Assembly: GCA_951406725.2 (NCBI GenBank)
Contig: OX597827.1
Span: 2,728,001 to 2,792,000, forward strand
Direction of reading: 5' to 3'
Length of the DNA: 64,000 bases
DNA from: Octopus vulgaris
Taxonomy: Eukaryota
Shown here: positions 63,761 to 64,000 of the stretch, one piece after another
Layout: every line of letters begins with the position of its first letter
Position numbering within the stretch: the first letter of the stretch is position 1
Notes under the pieces: generated by a model
The model's input: only the letters and a program-made list of their open reading frames with translations
The model's database searches: none
Told to the model about the DNA's origin: nothing
Made by a program: the position numbers and the translations under genes

Positions 63761-64000
63761 TCCTCCTCTTTTCTTTCCTTTCCTGAGCATCCAATAACAC
63801 TATACTTGTTTCACGCCCTCGCATTGTTGTGTTTTCTCTTTGTGTTTTCATGTTTGGATTAACTTTATATATATATATATATACTTTTTATATTAAAGGT
63901 GCAAAATGAACAGTCTTGTGATAATTTCGCAGCTTTAATGAAAAGAATGTTACTCTAACTTTGGTATTCAAGTACTTTTTCCCACCTTGTTTTGTGTTTA

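Overview
AT-rich, microsatellite-laden eukaryotic non-coding DNA. The SINE repertoire and simple-repeat load suggest an octopus (coleoid cephalopod) genome; this is an inference. No intact protein-coding gene can be supported: the supplied ORFs are translations of microsatellites, SINEs or dead transposon fragments. Most of the window is interspersed repeats: at least five tRNA-derived SINE families (labelled A, B, D, E, G here), RTE-clade LINE 3' ends with (GAT)n tails (family C), decayed Penelope-like elements (RT and GIY-YIG remnants at about 24.9-27.1 kb), and MITEs of mariner, piggyBac and Merlin type. The most striking signal is about ten minimal type-I hammerhead ribozyme motifs (CUGANGA...GAAAC, palindromic stem III, the Penelope-associated type) from several unrelated sequence families. 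Most are decayed and often sit in (TA)n tracts or inverted-repeat arrangements. One lies at the 3' end of a tRNA-headed (A-box/B-box) SINE-like element, a candidate hammerhead-bearing, Penelope-dependent SINE. CpG content drops visibly at about 9.2 kb, consistent with entry into a methylated gene body. All coordinates were read by eye; repeat boundaries without TSD/TIR support are approximate.
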